A DNA stretch of 64,000 bases from Geopsychrobacteraceae bacterium (GTDB taxonomy: Bacteria > Desulfobacterota > Desulfuromonadia > Desulfuromonadales > Geopsychrobacteraceae), in assembly GCA_963662315.1 (NCBI GenBank), contig OY759353.1:1024001-1088000 (forward strand), written 5' to 3'. Shown here one piece after another: positions 20,606 to 29,983 of the stretch. The notes beneath the pieces were generated by a model that was not told the DNA's origin, did not search any database, and was given only the letters and a program-made list of their open reading frames with translations. A program made the position numbers and the translations under genes. Every line of letters starts with the position of its first letter. Position 1 is the first letter of the stretch.

Positions 20606-21378
20606 CAGGAAAAATTATGAATGGTGACGAACAATTTGTGATTGATCTGCTTAAAGATTTTAACCTGAATATTGAGAAGTTACCTAGGTCTGACGGAAAA
20701 TCCCCTGATTTTCTAGCTATTCACAACGGCAAAAGAATCTTAATCGAATTAAAAACTAAGTATGACTCAAGGAATTTCGTAGAAAGTATAGAAAGGGAAT
20801 TATCCTCTTCCGGAACATGTCTGAACATCAATATATTGCAGCGCTCAAACACAATGTCGGGAATTGTGAAAGAAGCATATGAACAGCTTAAAGAGAGTAA
20901 AAATAAATACAAAGCAGATGAATGTTATGTATTTTTACTTGCTTCTGAACCATATGCCCATGACAAATATGAACAGTTTTATCACACCCTTTATGGCTCG
21001 AAACTCATAATTCCTCTCGGCAACAATGCACCTACTGCGAGAGATTGTTTTTACTACGAATTTAGTGATTTTTTCAGGTACAGCGACATTATCGATGGTG
21101 CATTGATTTCAAATGGCTCAAAAATGAAATGTTGCTTGAATAATTTCTCCGAAGCTTACAAGTCAATAAAAGATAACGTTTTTGTAGATATTTTCAAAGG
21201 GCAAGTTGTAGACCCTGTTCTGCTTGAAAAAGAAGGAAAAGCGTATTTACTAGACAGCAACATAGATCGAAGAGACACAGAAAATTTGAATAATTATTTA
21301 ATAAAAAAATATGGCCTTGAAAAATTAACTCAAGCGAGCTTCCCAAGTTACACTATTATATCAAAAACAGACCTGTAG
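20602..21378 (+). CDS. Gene cassette: hypothetical protein with a PD-(D/E)xK nuclease-like motif
   Basis: KSPDF...LIELKTK motif. Bounded by R' GTTATGTC (20599) and the complementary R'' GACATAAC (21386-21393). Start may be 20617. Confidence 0.7.
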   Translation: MSGKIMNGDEQFVIDLLKDFNLNIEKLPRSDGKSPDFLAIHNGKRILIELKTKYDSRNFVESIERELSSSGTCLNINILQRSNTMSGIVKEAYEQLKESKNKYKADECYVFLLASEPYAHDKYEQFYHTLYGSKLIIPLGNNAPTARDCFYYEFSDFFRYSDIIDGALISNGSKMKCCLNNFSEAYKSIKDNVFVDIFKGQVVDPVLLEKEGKAYLLDSNIDRRDTENLNNYLIKKYGLEKLTQASFPSYTIISKTDL

Positions 21379-21393
21379 CAGTCTTGACATAAC

Positions 21394-21545
21394 ACTTATC
21401 AGGCCCCGGCCAAGAATAGCGTTAACGCAAAAGATTCACCTTTTCGTTCTTTAACAAGCGACTGATCTACTGTGCAACCATCCGGTTTCTGACTTGGGCT
21501 TTCAAACGGGCTGCAGTCACGATCCTGCTCTCAAAAACATATCCA
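21394..21545 (-). mobile_element. Second IS110/IS1111-type end remnant (non-coding end only)
   Basis: TAAC|ACTTATCAGGCCCC...GAATAGCGTTAACGCAAAAGATTCACC...; diverged copy of 19054-19210 at the same position relative to R''. Confidence 0.8.
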
Positions 21546-22249
21546 GGATCGGACCAAGCTAACATAATGAAATTAGAAAATAAAATTGTAAATTTTGGTT
21601 CTAATTTTAAACTTAGAGTCCTTCTGTTGAAGCTAAAATCGCATTTATAGCGCTACCAGTCAAAACCGCCGGGTCGCGGTAAGAGCACAGACAGCTCACG
21701 ATGCTACGCTTCTAACGGGCAAGCGACATTTGTTGATACTTGTCATCAAAATGCCAAAGGCATTTTTGCGGTTCTGGCCATCAGGCGCGCATTGCGCCGT
21801 CGGCCGGCTGGTCAGATACTGGTTGTCTCCTCGGAGAAACGAAGCCCGAGTACGGACCCTTTAAAGAAGGGCGTTTTGTGCTTACTATTTGTCGCCCGCC
21901 TGGGACAAATAGTAAGGCGTCGTGCGGGGCGCAATCCCGCAACCTTGCTTGTTTCATATCAATCATAAAAGACGAAACCGGCGGGTCCCGACCCGCCAGC
22001 CGGATTCATTTTTTCCAGCGATGAAAAAACGAATCAAAAAAATCTTTGAAAGTCAAACACACTGACGATAATTGATTCGGCCTACGTTTCATCGTTGCCA
22101 CCAGCAGTGAACAAACCGCCCAACGATGCTGCCGCATCCATGGGCAGAACCGAATTGGAGTGGCCAAGGACCAATGCAAATGCCAATGGTATTATTGCGG
22201 TTCTAGCCATCAAGCACACACAGAGGTAGCCCCAGTTGACTGAACAGGT

Positions 22250-22327
22250 CAGGATCGGTTGACGGTCAAGCACATGGGATTCCGTTTATTTTCATCGTTC
22301 GACCGTTCGGCTAGCTTGTCGTTCTGC
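22250..22327 (+). other. Degenerate attC-like right half
   Basis: GACGGTC...GACCGTT stem, L'-like GGCTAGCT, R' GTTCTGC (22321-22327) partly complementary to CAGA(A) at 23018. Confidence 0.45.
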
Positions 22328-22388
22328 GCTGACTGCAAAAGAGCTTTTGACTTAATCGAACCGACAAAATGTAGAGAAGAGTGAAGTA

Positions 22389-22976
22389 ATGCACAATGTC
22401 ATAGAACAATCTGAACAAATCCAGAAGCAAGCATGGAAAGTCATTGATGAAACCGGTGTGATTAAACATTGGACGTCTATCGGAGCAACCATCAATTTGG
22501 TTGGTTCATTGAAAACAGGTTTACTCATTAAAAATAGAGATATAGATTTTCATATTTACACAAATCCCTTTAGTCTATGTGACAGTTTTCTGGCTGTATC
22601 TAAATTGGCCGAAAATAATCGAATTACAGAAATCAGTTACAAAAATTTAATCGAGGAAGAAGACAAATGTATTGAATGGCATGCGTCTTATGTAGATCTG
22701 CATGGTGTTAAATGGAACATCGATATGATACATATTCAAAATGAATCACAGTTTGCAGGCTATTTTGAAAATGTAGCCGATCGTATCTCTGCAGTTTTAA
22801 CAGATGAAACTCGCGAGGCAATTCTAAGAATTAAGAGTTCTATTCCGGAAGATAAAAAAGTCATGTCTATCCAAGTATATCAAGCTGTAATCAAGGATGG
22901 TGTTCGAGACATCGCAGAATTTTGGTTATGGAAAAAAGAAAATCTGAAAGAAGGCATAGTAACTTGGATTCCGTGA
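22389..22976 (+). CDS. Pol-beta-superfamily nucleotidyltransferase-like protein; possible cassette
   Basis: LVGS...RDIDFH motif plus a later IDM Asp; AT-rich. Confidence 0.65.
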   Translation: MHNVIEQSEQIQKQAWKVIDETGVIKHWTSIGATINLVGSLKTGLLIKNRDIDFHIYTNPFSLCDSFLAVSKLAENNRITEISYKNLIEEEDKCIEWHASYVDLHGVKWNIDMIHIQNESQFAGYFENVADRISAVLTDETREAILRIKSSIPEDKKVMSIQVYQAVIKDGVRDIAEFWLWKKENLKEGIVTWIP

Positions 22977-23126
22977 CGGAATAAAGATAAAGCATTATAA
23001 GTTTGTCCTATCCCGCACAGAATCGGGTAGCCGAGGGAGGCCATTTCATCAAAATTTTTTACAGGCCCTGTGGGATAATTTTCTGAACAAAGTTTTTTAT
23101 TCTCTTGTCTGGCGCCAGAATTATAT

Positions 23127-23882
23127 ATGACTGAAACATTCACACTCATCATTATCTCAGCAACGTTCTTATTGGCTGGTAGCGTCAAAGGCGTTATCGG
23201 GCTGGGGCTTCCCACTGTTAGCCTGGGGCTTTTGGCGGCAACGCTTGATTTAACAACCGCTATGGCACTCCTGCTTATCCCTTCATTCATTACAAACATT
23301 TGGCAAGCGGCTGTTGGCGGTAATGCAAAAATTATATTTAAGCGTATCTGGCCTTTTTTATGTTTAGCAACAGTCACAATCTGGCTCGGCTCTAGTGCTT
23401 TGACAATCATAAATCCCCTATATTTATCGGCCCTACTCGGTTTTCTGCTGCTTGCTTATGCGTCCCTAAACCTTCTGGGCTTTCGACTTTCGATATCGTC
23501 ACCTTCCGAAAAATGGCTAGGCCCACTGCTGGGGACTGCAAATGGCATACTTACCGGCATGACAGGCTCATTCGTCGTCCCTGGCGTTATGTTTTTACAG
23601 GCAATCGGCCTTCCCAGAGACATGCTTGTGCAAGCAATGGGTATGCTGTTCTCTCTTTCTACGATTGGCCTCGCCTTTTCTCTCCAAAAGCACAATCTTC
23701 TGACGCCTGAACTTGCTTCTATTTCAGCATTTGCCGTCATACCATCGCTGATTGGAATGGTGCTTGGTCAAAAAATTAGAAAGTCTCTTTCGGAAAGTCG
23801 CTTCAAACGAATATTTTTTATTTCAATATTCGTTTTAGGTTTATTTATCATCGGCAAAGCCACATTCACTCTGACGCTTTGA
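23127..23882 (+). CDS. Sulfite exporter TauE/SafE family membrane protein
   Basis: AGSVKGVIGLGLP and GILTGMTG repeats; about 8 TM segments. Confidence 0.88.
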   Translation: MTETFTLIIISATFLLAGSVKGVIGLGLPTVSLGLLAATLDLTTAMALLLIPSFITNIWQAAVGGNAKIIFKRIWPFLCLATVTIWLGSSALTIINPLYLSALLGFLLLAYASLNLLGFRLSISSPSEKWLGPLLGTANGILTGMTGSFVVPGVMFLQAIGLPRDMLVQAMGMLFSLSTIGLAFSLQKHNLLTPELASISAFAVIPSLIGMVLGQKIRKSLSESRFKRIFFISIFVLGLFIIGKATFTLTL

Positions 23883-23987
23883 ATGCTGTTTTTCTGGTGT
23901 GTAAGTTTTTCCTACACTCACGCTAGTTACAAGAAAGGTAAACATTTACAGGAGGTTATGAATGAAGATTGAAAAGAAGGACAAACC

Positions 23988-24446
23988 GTGACAGATGAAA
24001 CAGCCAGACGAGAAGCCTCACAGGCATTCCCCTTCGAGGTAGATTTTGGAGAAGAACTTAAAGGAGCTTTTTTTCTGGAAGCCTCAGGGATGGACGACGA
24101 AGCCCCGGTCATTGAGTATCGCAGCGGTATTTCCCCCGTTTTCTCCACCATTAAAATGCCGGGAATCGCCAACTACAGAAATATAACCCTGAAATGGGGC
24201 AGAGTGACCAATTGCAGCGGTTTCTGGAAGTGGATAGGCGAGATCAAGATGAATACGGTCAAACGCCGAAATATATTAATCACACTGCGGGATATAGACA
24301 ACGGATCAGTGCGTAGACAATGGTTGCTGCATAACGCCTGGCCAACCAAAATCGTTCATACTGAGTTGCAAGCCGATGGACAAGCTGTCACGATCGAAAC
24401 GTTGGAATTAGCCTGTGAAAACTTGAGCATAAATATGAGTTCCTAA
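23988..24446 (+). CDS. Contractile tail tube protein (T4 gp19/Afp1-like), orphan
   Basis: FPFEV...FLEASG...IEYRSG...KMPG...NITLKWG...WLLHNAWPTK...IETLELACE pattern. Confidence 0.85.
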   Translation: MTDETARREASQAFPFEVDFGEELKGAFFLEASGMDDEAPVIEYRSGISPVFSTIKMPGIANYRNITLKWGRVTNCSGFWKWIGEIKMNTVKRRNILITLRDIDNGSVRRQWLLHNAWPTKIVHTELQADGQAVTIETLELACENLSINMSS

Positions 24447-24557
24447 GTTACCCGGCGGCTTCGCCTGGTGGCTGATCGGCTAATGCAGCCACCCGCTATT
24501 TTGACTTAGGCTTTTTATCGGCTTGCAGTGACATTTTTATCCCCAAAAGGTGTACAG

Positions 24558-25004
24558 ATGAAAATATCCCGAATCACAATGGTCTCTCTGGGTGTAAATA
24601 ATTTAATTCAGGCAACTGAGTTTTACAGACAGGTATTGAATACCTCTCCCAACACATCATCAGAGGCTATAACCTTTGTTGAACTTCCTGGTGCATGGTT
24701 GTCACTTTACCCACTGGAGAAACTTGCCCAAGACATTTCTCCGGATGTCCCCATTACACGCAACGCGTTCAGCGGCATGACGCTGGCTTACAACGCCCGA
24801 AGCAAGGACGAAGTCGTTGCCATCATGAAACGTGTTAAGGAAGCTGGAGGCCAGATTGTCAAAGAAGCTCAAGACACCTTCTGGGGTGGTTTCAGTGGTT
24901 ATTTTTCTGATCTTGATGGTTATTATTGGGAAGTTGCCTGGGGACCAATGTTTGAATTTGACGCCAATGGAAATATGAAGCTGTCAGAGGGCTCTTCCGA
25001 TTGA
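24558..25004 (+). CDS. VOC/glyoxalase family protein
   Basis: ITMVSLGV...FY, QDTFWGGFSGYFSDLDGYYWEVAW. Confidence 0.9.
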   Translation: MKISRITMVSLGVNNLIQATEFYRQVLNTSPNTSSEAITFVELPGAWLSLYPLEKLAQDISPDVPITRNAFSGMTLAYNARSKDEVVAIMKRVKEAGGQIVKEAQDTFWGGFSGYFSDLDGYYWEVAWGPMFEFDANGNMKLSEGSSD

Positions 25005-25095
25005 CGAATGAAAATGGGATGATACATTCAAATTCTTGGCGCTGTAGTGGCTCCTCGTGGAAAGAGCTGATATTTAGATCGCGGGGTTTGGTTAT

Positions 25096-25668
25096 ATGAA
25101 ATTAATTGTCATAAGCGATATTTTTGGCCGAACTCTGCAACTGGTAGACCTTATTCGTGAGTTTTCTGATGTGTACTGCGAAACAGTCATCATCGATCCA
25201 TACGAAGGTTTATCGCGCCATTTCAAATCGGAAGAACAGGCATATCACCAATTTCAAAGAGAATCGGGACTGAAGAATCTGCTTGAAAAGGCGGCACAAG
25301 AAATTCGACGTTCAGACACTCAGGTCGACATTCTTGGCTTCAGCATAGGCGGAACCTGTGCATGGAACCTTGCGTCACAGGGTGATTACAAGCAGATCCG
25401 GCTATGTCTTTGTTTTTACGGATCTAGAATCAGGGATTACATAGAGTCCGTTCCTCAAGTCCGGACAACAATAATTTTCCCCCGTCTTGAAGCTGCTTTT
25501 GACATTGAGCCGGTGATTCGACAACTATCCAAGAAGAACAACACGGAAGTCATACAAACCCCGTACTTGCATGGTTTTATGAATAAAGCATCGAATAATT
25601 ATTCGGAAGCTGCGTATCAATATTTTATCCCATGGTTGCGCCATAAAGCCGTATCGACTTCCAGTTAA
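25096..25668 (+). CDS. Dienelactone hydrolase-like alpha/beta hydrolase
   Basis: SDIFG, GFSIG nucleophile elbow, FYGSRIR, HGFMN. Confidence 0.8.
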   Translation: MKLIVISDIFGRTLQLVDLIREFSDVYCETVIIDPYEGLSRHFKSEEQAYHQFQRESGLKNLLEKAAQEIRRSDTQVDILGFSIGGTCAWNLASQGDYKQIRLCLCFYGSRIRDYIESVPQVRTTIIFPRLEAAFDIEPVIRQLSKKNNTEVIQTPYLHGFMNKASNNYSEAAYQYFIPWLRHKAVSTSS

Positions 25669-25781
25669 TATATGGCTGTCAATGTTACTATTATCGTATG
25701 CGCTGCCAGGAACAACATCTATACACAGAACCACAGTTTATCAATACAGCCTTTTGACCGACTTCATAAGGAGCTATAACC

Positions 25782-26186
25782 ATGAGTAAAAGATCAGGAT
25801 CATGCCTTTGCGGTGAGGTAACTTTTGAACTGGATGGCGACTTTGATCATTTTTACCTCTGCCACTGCAGCCTGTGCCGAAAAGATTCCGGCTCTGCCCA
25901 TGGCGCCAACCTTTTCTCATCTTCTGCGACGCTTACCTGGCTGTCCGGCGAAGAGAAGATAACGCATTTTACGCTGCCAGGAACCCGCCATCACAAATCT
26001 TTTTGCTCGCTTTGCGGATCTGCCCTGCCCAACATGCAGATGGATGGTAAATTGCTGGTCGTCCCTGCGGGATCCCTCGATTGTGATTTCGACATGCGCC
26101 CAACAGCCCATATTTTTGTTGCCAGCAAAGCGCATTGGGATAAAGATCTTGACGACATCCCTCAAATAGACACGTTTCCGTCATAG
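25782..26186 (+). CDS. GFA family (glutathione-dependent formaldehyde-activating-like) protein
   Basis: GSCLCG, CHCSLCRK, FCSLCGS. Confidence 0.92.
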   Translation: MSKRSGSCLCGEVTFELDGDFDHFYLCHCSLCRKDSGSAHGANLFSSSATLTWLSGEEKITHFTLPGTRHHKSFCSLCGSALPNMQMDGKLLVVPAGSLDCDFDMRPTAHIFVASKAHWDKDLDDIPQIDTFPS

Positions 26187-26215
26187 GCCACAGCGTCAAA
26201 ACAACCGGATATCTA

Positions 26216-29200
26216 TCAGAATTCAAACTGATAGATCAAATCAACGGCACTGCTCAAACCGGAAACGGCTTCAAGATATAAATTTTTCACCAGACGGTAA
26301 CGCAAGGTAAATTCACCAACGGAATTGAAAAGACCGACACCATACTTTACCTTCAGACCGGGCAGGACATAACCACTGACCGTGACCTGAGAATCATCGC
26401 CAGAACCGGCGGTATCCAACTCGAGGTCCTGTATACCAACAGCCTGTCCGATATCGCTGACAATGCGACCAGTTTGCGACAGGCTTAAACCGATCAATGT
26501 CATTGTCATCGAATTGTCGCCACCATCGGCACCAAGATCCTTCCCGCGCAAAAGATAAGACAGAGCATTGGCCTGAGCCATGGCCGGGTCAGAAAACACA
26601 GCTATTCGCGGGTTGTCCGCAGGGCCGCTCACCCGGAGTCCTGCAGTAACTTCATTTTCAATGTTTTCAGGATTGCGGATTGCGGTAATGGCAACACTGG
26701 GTTTTGAAAGCGGACCATTGAACATAACATTTCCCTGCTGGATAATAAGATCCTGTCCAAGGGAACGGTAGGTTCCGTCGAGTATAGCGACATCACCGGT
26801 AACAAATGGGGCATTGTCCTTTTGTACAATTTTCAACAGACCTTGTAATCGCCCTTTGAGTCCAAAGGCGGAAAGACGAAGTTCATCGCCAATCTGTACT
26901 TCTATATTGGTATCCACATTAAAGGGCATTGAACGATTCTGAACAGGTGTGCCGGTCGCATCAACAATCACCTGGTCTTTTGATACGGTAACAGCAGATT
27001 CAGGCAGGTCTTCAATCTCGATTAATCCGCTAGGGATTTTTACTCGGCCAACAATCCTCGCGCTACCTGGCCTGAAGTGCAAATCAAGATCAGGAACAAC
27101 CTTCATCTTTACGATGGGGGGCACATTGACATTCAGCCCCTGGGCTGTGACATGACTGTTTACTGTCCATTGTGATAAATCCTGCCAATCCGCATCACCA
27201 CTGAGGTTAAGATCGCCATCCGGGGTTTGAATATAACCGAACAGGTCGATTGCGTAACCGTTAAATACGAGCTTCATCTCCCCCTTATTGATCGCTACAG
27301 GTAACATTTCTCCGGAGGCATTCATGTCTTTGACCGTGAGAATACCGATAACCTGAGGTTGCAATACGTGCCCGCTTAGCTGCAGGTCACCGTCGATTAC
27401 AGCATGCACCTGCGCATTTTCGCCAAGTAATGGTTTAAGAAAATCGATATTGATCTGATCAAGCGTTAGTGCCCCTTGCAGCTGTTTGTCCTTTGCTTTG
27501 ACATCTGCAATTTCGGCTTGCAGCACGACCTGACCATTATCTGCCAGGTCTACGGCAAGCTGGCTGCTCAACTGCCCGTCTTTCAACCGTCCCTGGACAC
27601 TGATATTGTCCCAACCGACAGCCATTGGCTCCTTTTGCTGGATAGTCACCTGCCCTTTGGCAACCGTAAAAGCTCCTGAAGCAGAAAGTTCCTGGCCTGT
27701 ATGCCAATCAATTTGTGCGCTCCCTGTGATGCCCCCTTCAGCGCTGACATTCTCATCGGGTAACCACTTTTCCACGGTTTTGAGGTTTAGATTTTTTAGT
27801 GAAAAGGACGCAGAAACACCCTGCGCCGATATAGAGGTGAGCTGGTTCAAACAGAGAGATGCATCGGCAAGCGCCCAACAATGACTGCCTAAATCGACCT
27901 TAGCGCTTGCAACATCAGCGTTTATGCTGACATGGTCCAGAAGCACCAGGGTTTCATTGTCATGGACCAATTGCATGTCTGTCAGCGTGCCTGACCACTG
28001 AGAAAAGGCATCACTGAAACCACCACGCATTCTGAGTTGGCCGGTCCCCTCTGGCACCACAGCAGACAGGATCACTGAATGATCATCAACGCTGCCAGAA
28101 ATATCTAGCTGCAAGGAATCAATGCCCTGCCCCTGTACAATAGCAGACCCAACAGTTGCCTGTAACTTACCCTTAGGATGAATGATAGACGCAATAGAAC
28201 CACTCAATGTTACAGTCTCGGCCTGGAAAACATCCTGCCATTTGAAATAAGCTGCGGACAGGTCCAGATCGGCGAAGGGAGAATCAGGTTTTCCTGTCAG
28301 TTGAATGTGCCCTTTAACTCGCCCCTCAGCTTGATCAAAGGACTTGGCCAGATCAACAATATCGACATCAAGCGTCAAATCTAAGCTATCGGTAACATTA
28401 CCGGCCACCGATACCTGGTTGGGCCCATGCTGAATAACTAACTTCTGAGTTGAAGCAGCAAATCCCATCTCAGTAGGCTCAGAATGAGCACGTATCTGCC
28501 CTTTAGCAATCAGCGGATAGTTTTCGATTTTGCCGCTGATGTCCAGCTGCCCCACCTCAACGGCCCAACGCCCGTCCCGGTAAATATTCGCATTGCCCGC
28601 GACCTCGCCACTGAGCGTCCCCTCGGCCTCGGGGAAAAAGAGTCCGGGCCAGAAGTTATCCAGGGCCAATTGAGCGGTCAGTGTCACGTCATGCCGCCAA
28701 TCGGCATGGAGATCCCCCCTCACATAGCTGGAAGAGGATTCCAGTTCCATACGGGTCAGATTGACTGAATTCAGGGTGCCTTCACCAAGCATTGAGACAG
28801 ACAGATCCGGGAATTTGTCCCCTTTCAATAGACCTTTAAAATCAAAGGAATAATTTTGCAAATCCCCATGTGCTTGTAGGGTATCGCTATTCAGATAATA
28901 TTGGGCTTCGCCAATGAAAGGCCAACGCCCACTGCTAGCATGCGCTTTGACCTCAAAAGGAAGATTATCCTGGGTCAGAGAAATATGGGATTTAAGATTG
29001 GTTTTAAAGACGCCGTCAGCGACGCCAGTGAGATGGAGGTCGGCCAGGCTTCCGACCACACTGACGCGAACAGTTTGACCTTTGAGCGGCGCCTTCAGGT
29101 AGCGAGCATCCAAAACCAAAGATAGTGGATAAACGCCCTGCAGTGAAACGCGACCATGAGCAGAGACTTCTGCTTCTGATGTAGACACATGGAAACGCTG

Positions 29201-29983
29201 CAGGTCGATATCACTGTTACGGGCTGTTCCTTCCATAGCTATATGGGCAACTGAGTAGTCAGTAGAGCCCTGAATAATCCGGACATCCGTAAAAGATAAA
29301 TCAGCGACGCCAAGATCAAGCGGTAGCTGAATTTCGGGTAATGACAGTCCACTGAAAACAGGTTTTTGATCATCAGTAGGTCCTGCCACCGGGGACAGCC
29401 GAGCAGATTGATCTTTGCTCACCGGTAGATTAAGCGTCAGTCCTTGCCACTTAGTTGGCAATAAAAGCAATTCACTGTTCGTCCAGCTTAAGCCGCCTGC
29501 AAAAGATTGCCAGCTAAGGGAGTTATCATCATCAACGCTGACAGAGATATCATTCAGGCCCAGTCGGTTAACCTTGAGCGGCACAGGGATAGACAGGCGT
29601 TCACCGTTCGAGGGCGTATCCTTATTGCCTCCAGCACTGCCGTGCAGCTCAAAAACCACACCGTCGACCTGCAATTCGTCAATACAGATGGCGGGCTGCA
29701 ACAGACACCCAAGATCAGGGTTAACAGATAAAAACCTAACCTCAACCTTGAGTTGCTTTTGCTCATCGCTATAAGCAACTTCCTGCAGGGTAATGCCAGT
29801 GCCCACGGTACCTTCGATTTTTCCGACCGAAAGTTTTGGTAAAATCCTTTGTACTCCCCAGACCATTAATTTCGGGCCGACCGGGGAATACAACAGAGCG
29901 GCTGTAGTGAGCAGAACGACAGCCATCACCGCGATAAGGCTTAGGAATAGCCATTTACCCCATGCTGAAAGACAAGCCTTCAT
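26216..29983 (-). CDS. tamB: Translocation and assembly module inner-membrane subunit
   Basis: 1255 aa with N-terminal anchor and DUF490-type C-terminus (ALSYLLRG...VKYGVGLF...DLIYQFEF); overlaps the tamA stop. Confidence 0.92.
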   Translation of the reverse strand: MKACLSAWGKWLFLSLIAVMAVVLLTTAALLYSPVGPKLMVWGVQRILPKLSVGKIEGTVGTGITLQEVAYSDEQKQLKVEVRFLSVNPDLGCLLQPAICIDELQVDGVVFELHGSAGGNKDTPSNGERLSIPVPLKVNRLGLNDISVSVDDDNSLSWQSFAGGLSWTNSELLLLPTKWQGLTLNLPVSKDQSARLSPVAGPTDDQKPVFSGLSLPEIQLPLDLGVADLSFTDVRIIQGSTDYSVAHIAMEGTARNSDIDLQRFHVSTSEAEVSAHGRVSLQGVYPLSLVLDARYLKAPLKGQTVRVSVVGSLADLHLTGVADGVFKTNLKSHISLTQDNLPFEVKAHASSGRWPFIGEAQYYLNSDTLQAHGDLQNYSFDFKGLLKGDKFPDLSVSMLGEGTLNSVNLTRMELESSSSYVRGDLHADWRHDVTLTAQLALDNFWPGLFFPEAEGTLSGEVAGNANIYRDGRWAVEVGQLDISGKIENYPLIAKGQIRAHSEPTEMGFAASTQKLVIQHGPNQVSVAGNVTDSLDLTLDVDIVDLAKSFDQAEGRVKGHIQLTGKPDSPFADLDLSAAYFKWQDVFQAETVTLSGSIASIIHPKGKLQATVGSAIVQGQGIDSLQLDISGSVDDHSVILSAVVPEGTGQLRMRGGFSDAFSQWSGTLTDMQLVHDNETLVLLDHVSINADVASAKVDLGSHCWALADASLCLNQLTSISAQGVSASFSLKNLNLKTVEKWLPDENVSAEGGITGSAQIDWHTGQELSASGAFTVAKGQVTIQQKEPMAVGWDNISVQGRLKDGQLSSQLAVDLADNGQVVLQAEIADVKAKDKQLQGALTLDQINIDFLKPLLGENAQVHAVIDGDLQLSGHVLQPQVIGILTVKDMNASGEMLPVAINKGEMKLVFNGYAIDLFGYIQTPDGDLNLSGDADWQDLSQWTVNSHVTAQGLNVNVPPIVKMKVVPDLDLHFRPGSARIVGRVKIPSGLIEIEDLPESAVTVSKDQVIVDATGTPVQNRSMPFNVDTNIEVQIGDELRLSAFGLKGRLQGLLKIVQKDNAPFVTGDVAILDGTYRSLGQDLIIQQGNVMFNGPLSKPSVAITAIRNPENIENEVTAGLRVSGPADNPRIAVFSDPAMAQANALSYLLRGKDLGADGGDNSMTMTLIGLSLSQTGRIVSDIGQAVGIQDLELDTAGSGDDSQVTVSGYVLPGLKVKYGVGLFNSVGEFTLRYRLVKNLYLEAVSGLSSAVDLIYQFEF

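Larger units (their letters stand above)
13306..22220. repeat. Dispersed and tandem ~410-bp hairpin-rich repeat family (7 copies of the core)
   Basis: Core hairpin CTTACTATTTGTC-N10-GACAAATAGTAAG starts at 13400, 13808, 15549, 15972, 17895, 18302 (one C>T) and 21881. Tandem periods are 408, 423 and 407 bp. The second half (CCGGCGGGTCCCGG...GAATTG) occurs at ~13497, 15646, 17991 and 21977. Confidence 0.95.

Noticed and set aside
13306..22220. CRISPR array
   Set aside because: Repeat units are ~410 bp with no short-repeat/unique-spacer pattern, and there are no cas genes.
13128..22273. Many 60-135 aa ORFs in the repeats and intron RNA (e.g. 13708-14115, 15144-15449, 18299-18640, 21740-22024)
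   Set aside because: Frames are not conserved between copies; these are shadow ORFs of structured non-coding DNA.
23883..26215. Continuation of the cassette array through the small co-oriented genes
   Set aside because: No complementary R'/R'' pairs or attC-like palindromes were found between these genes.
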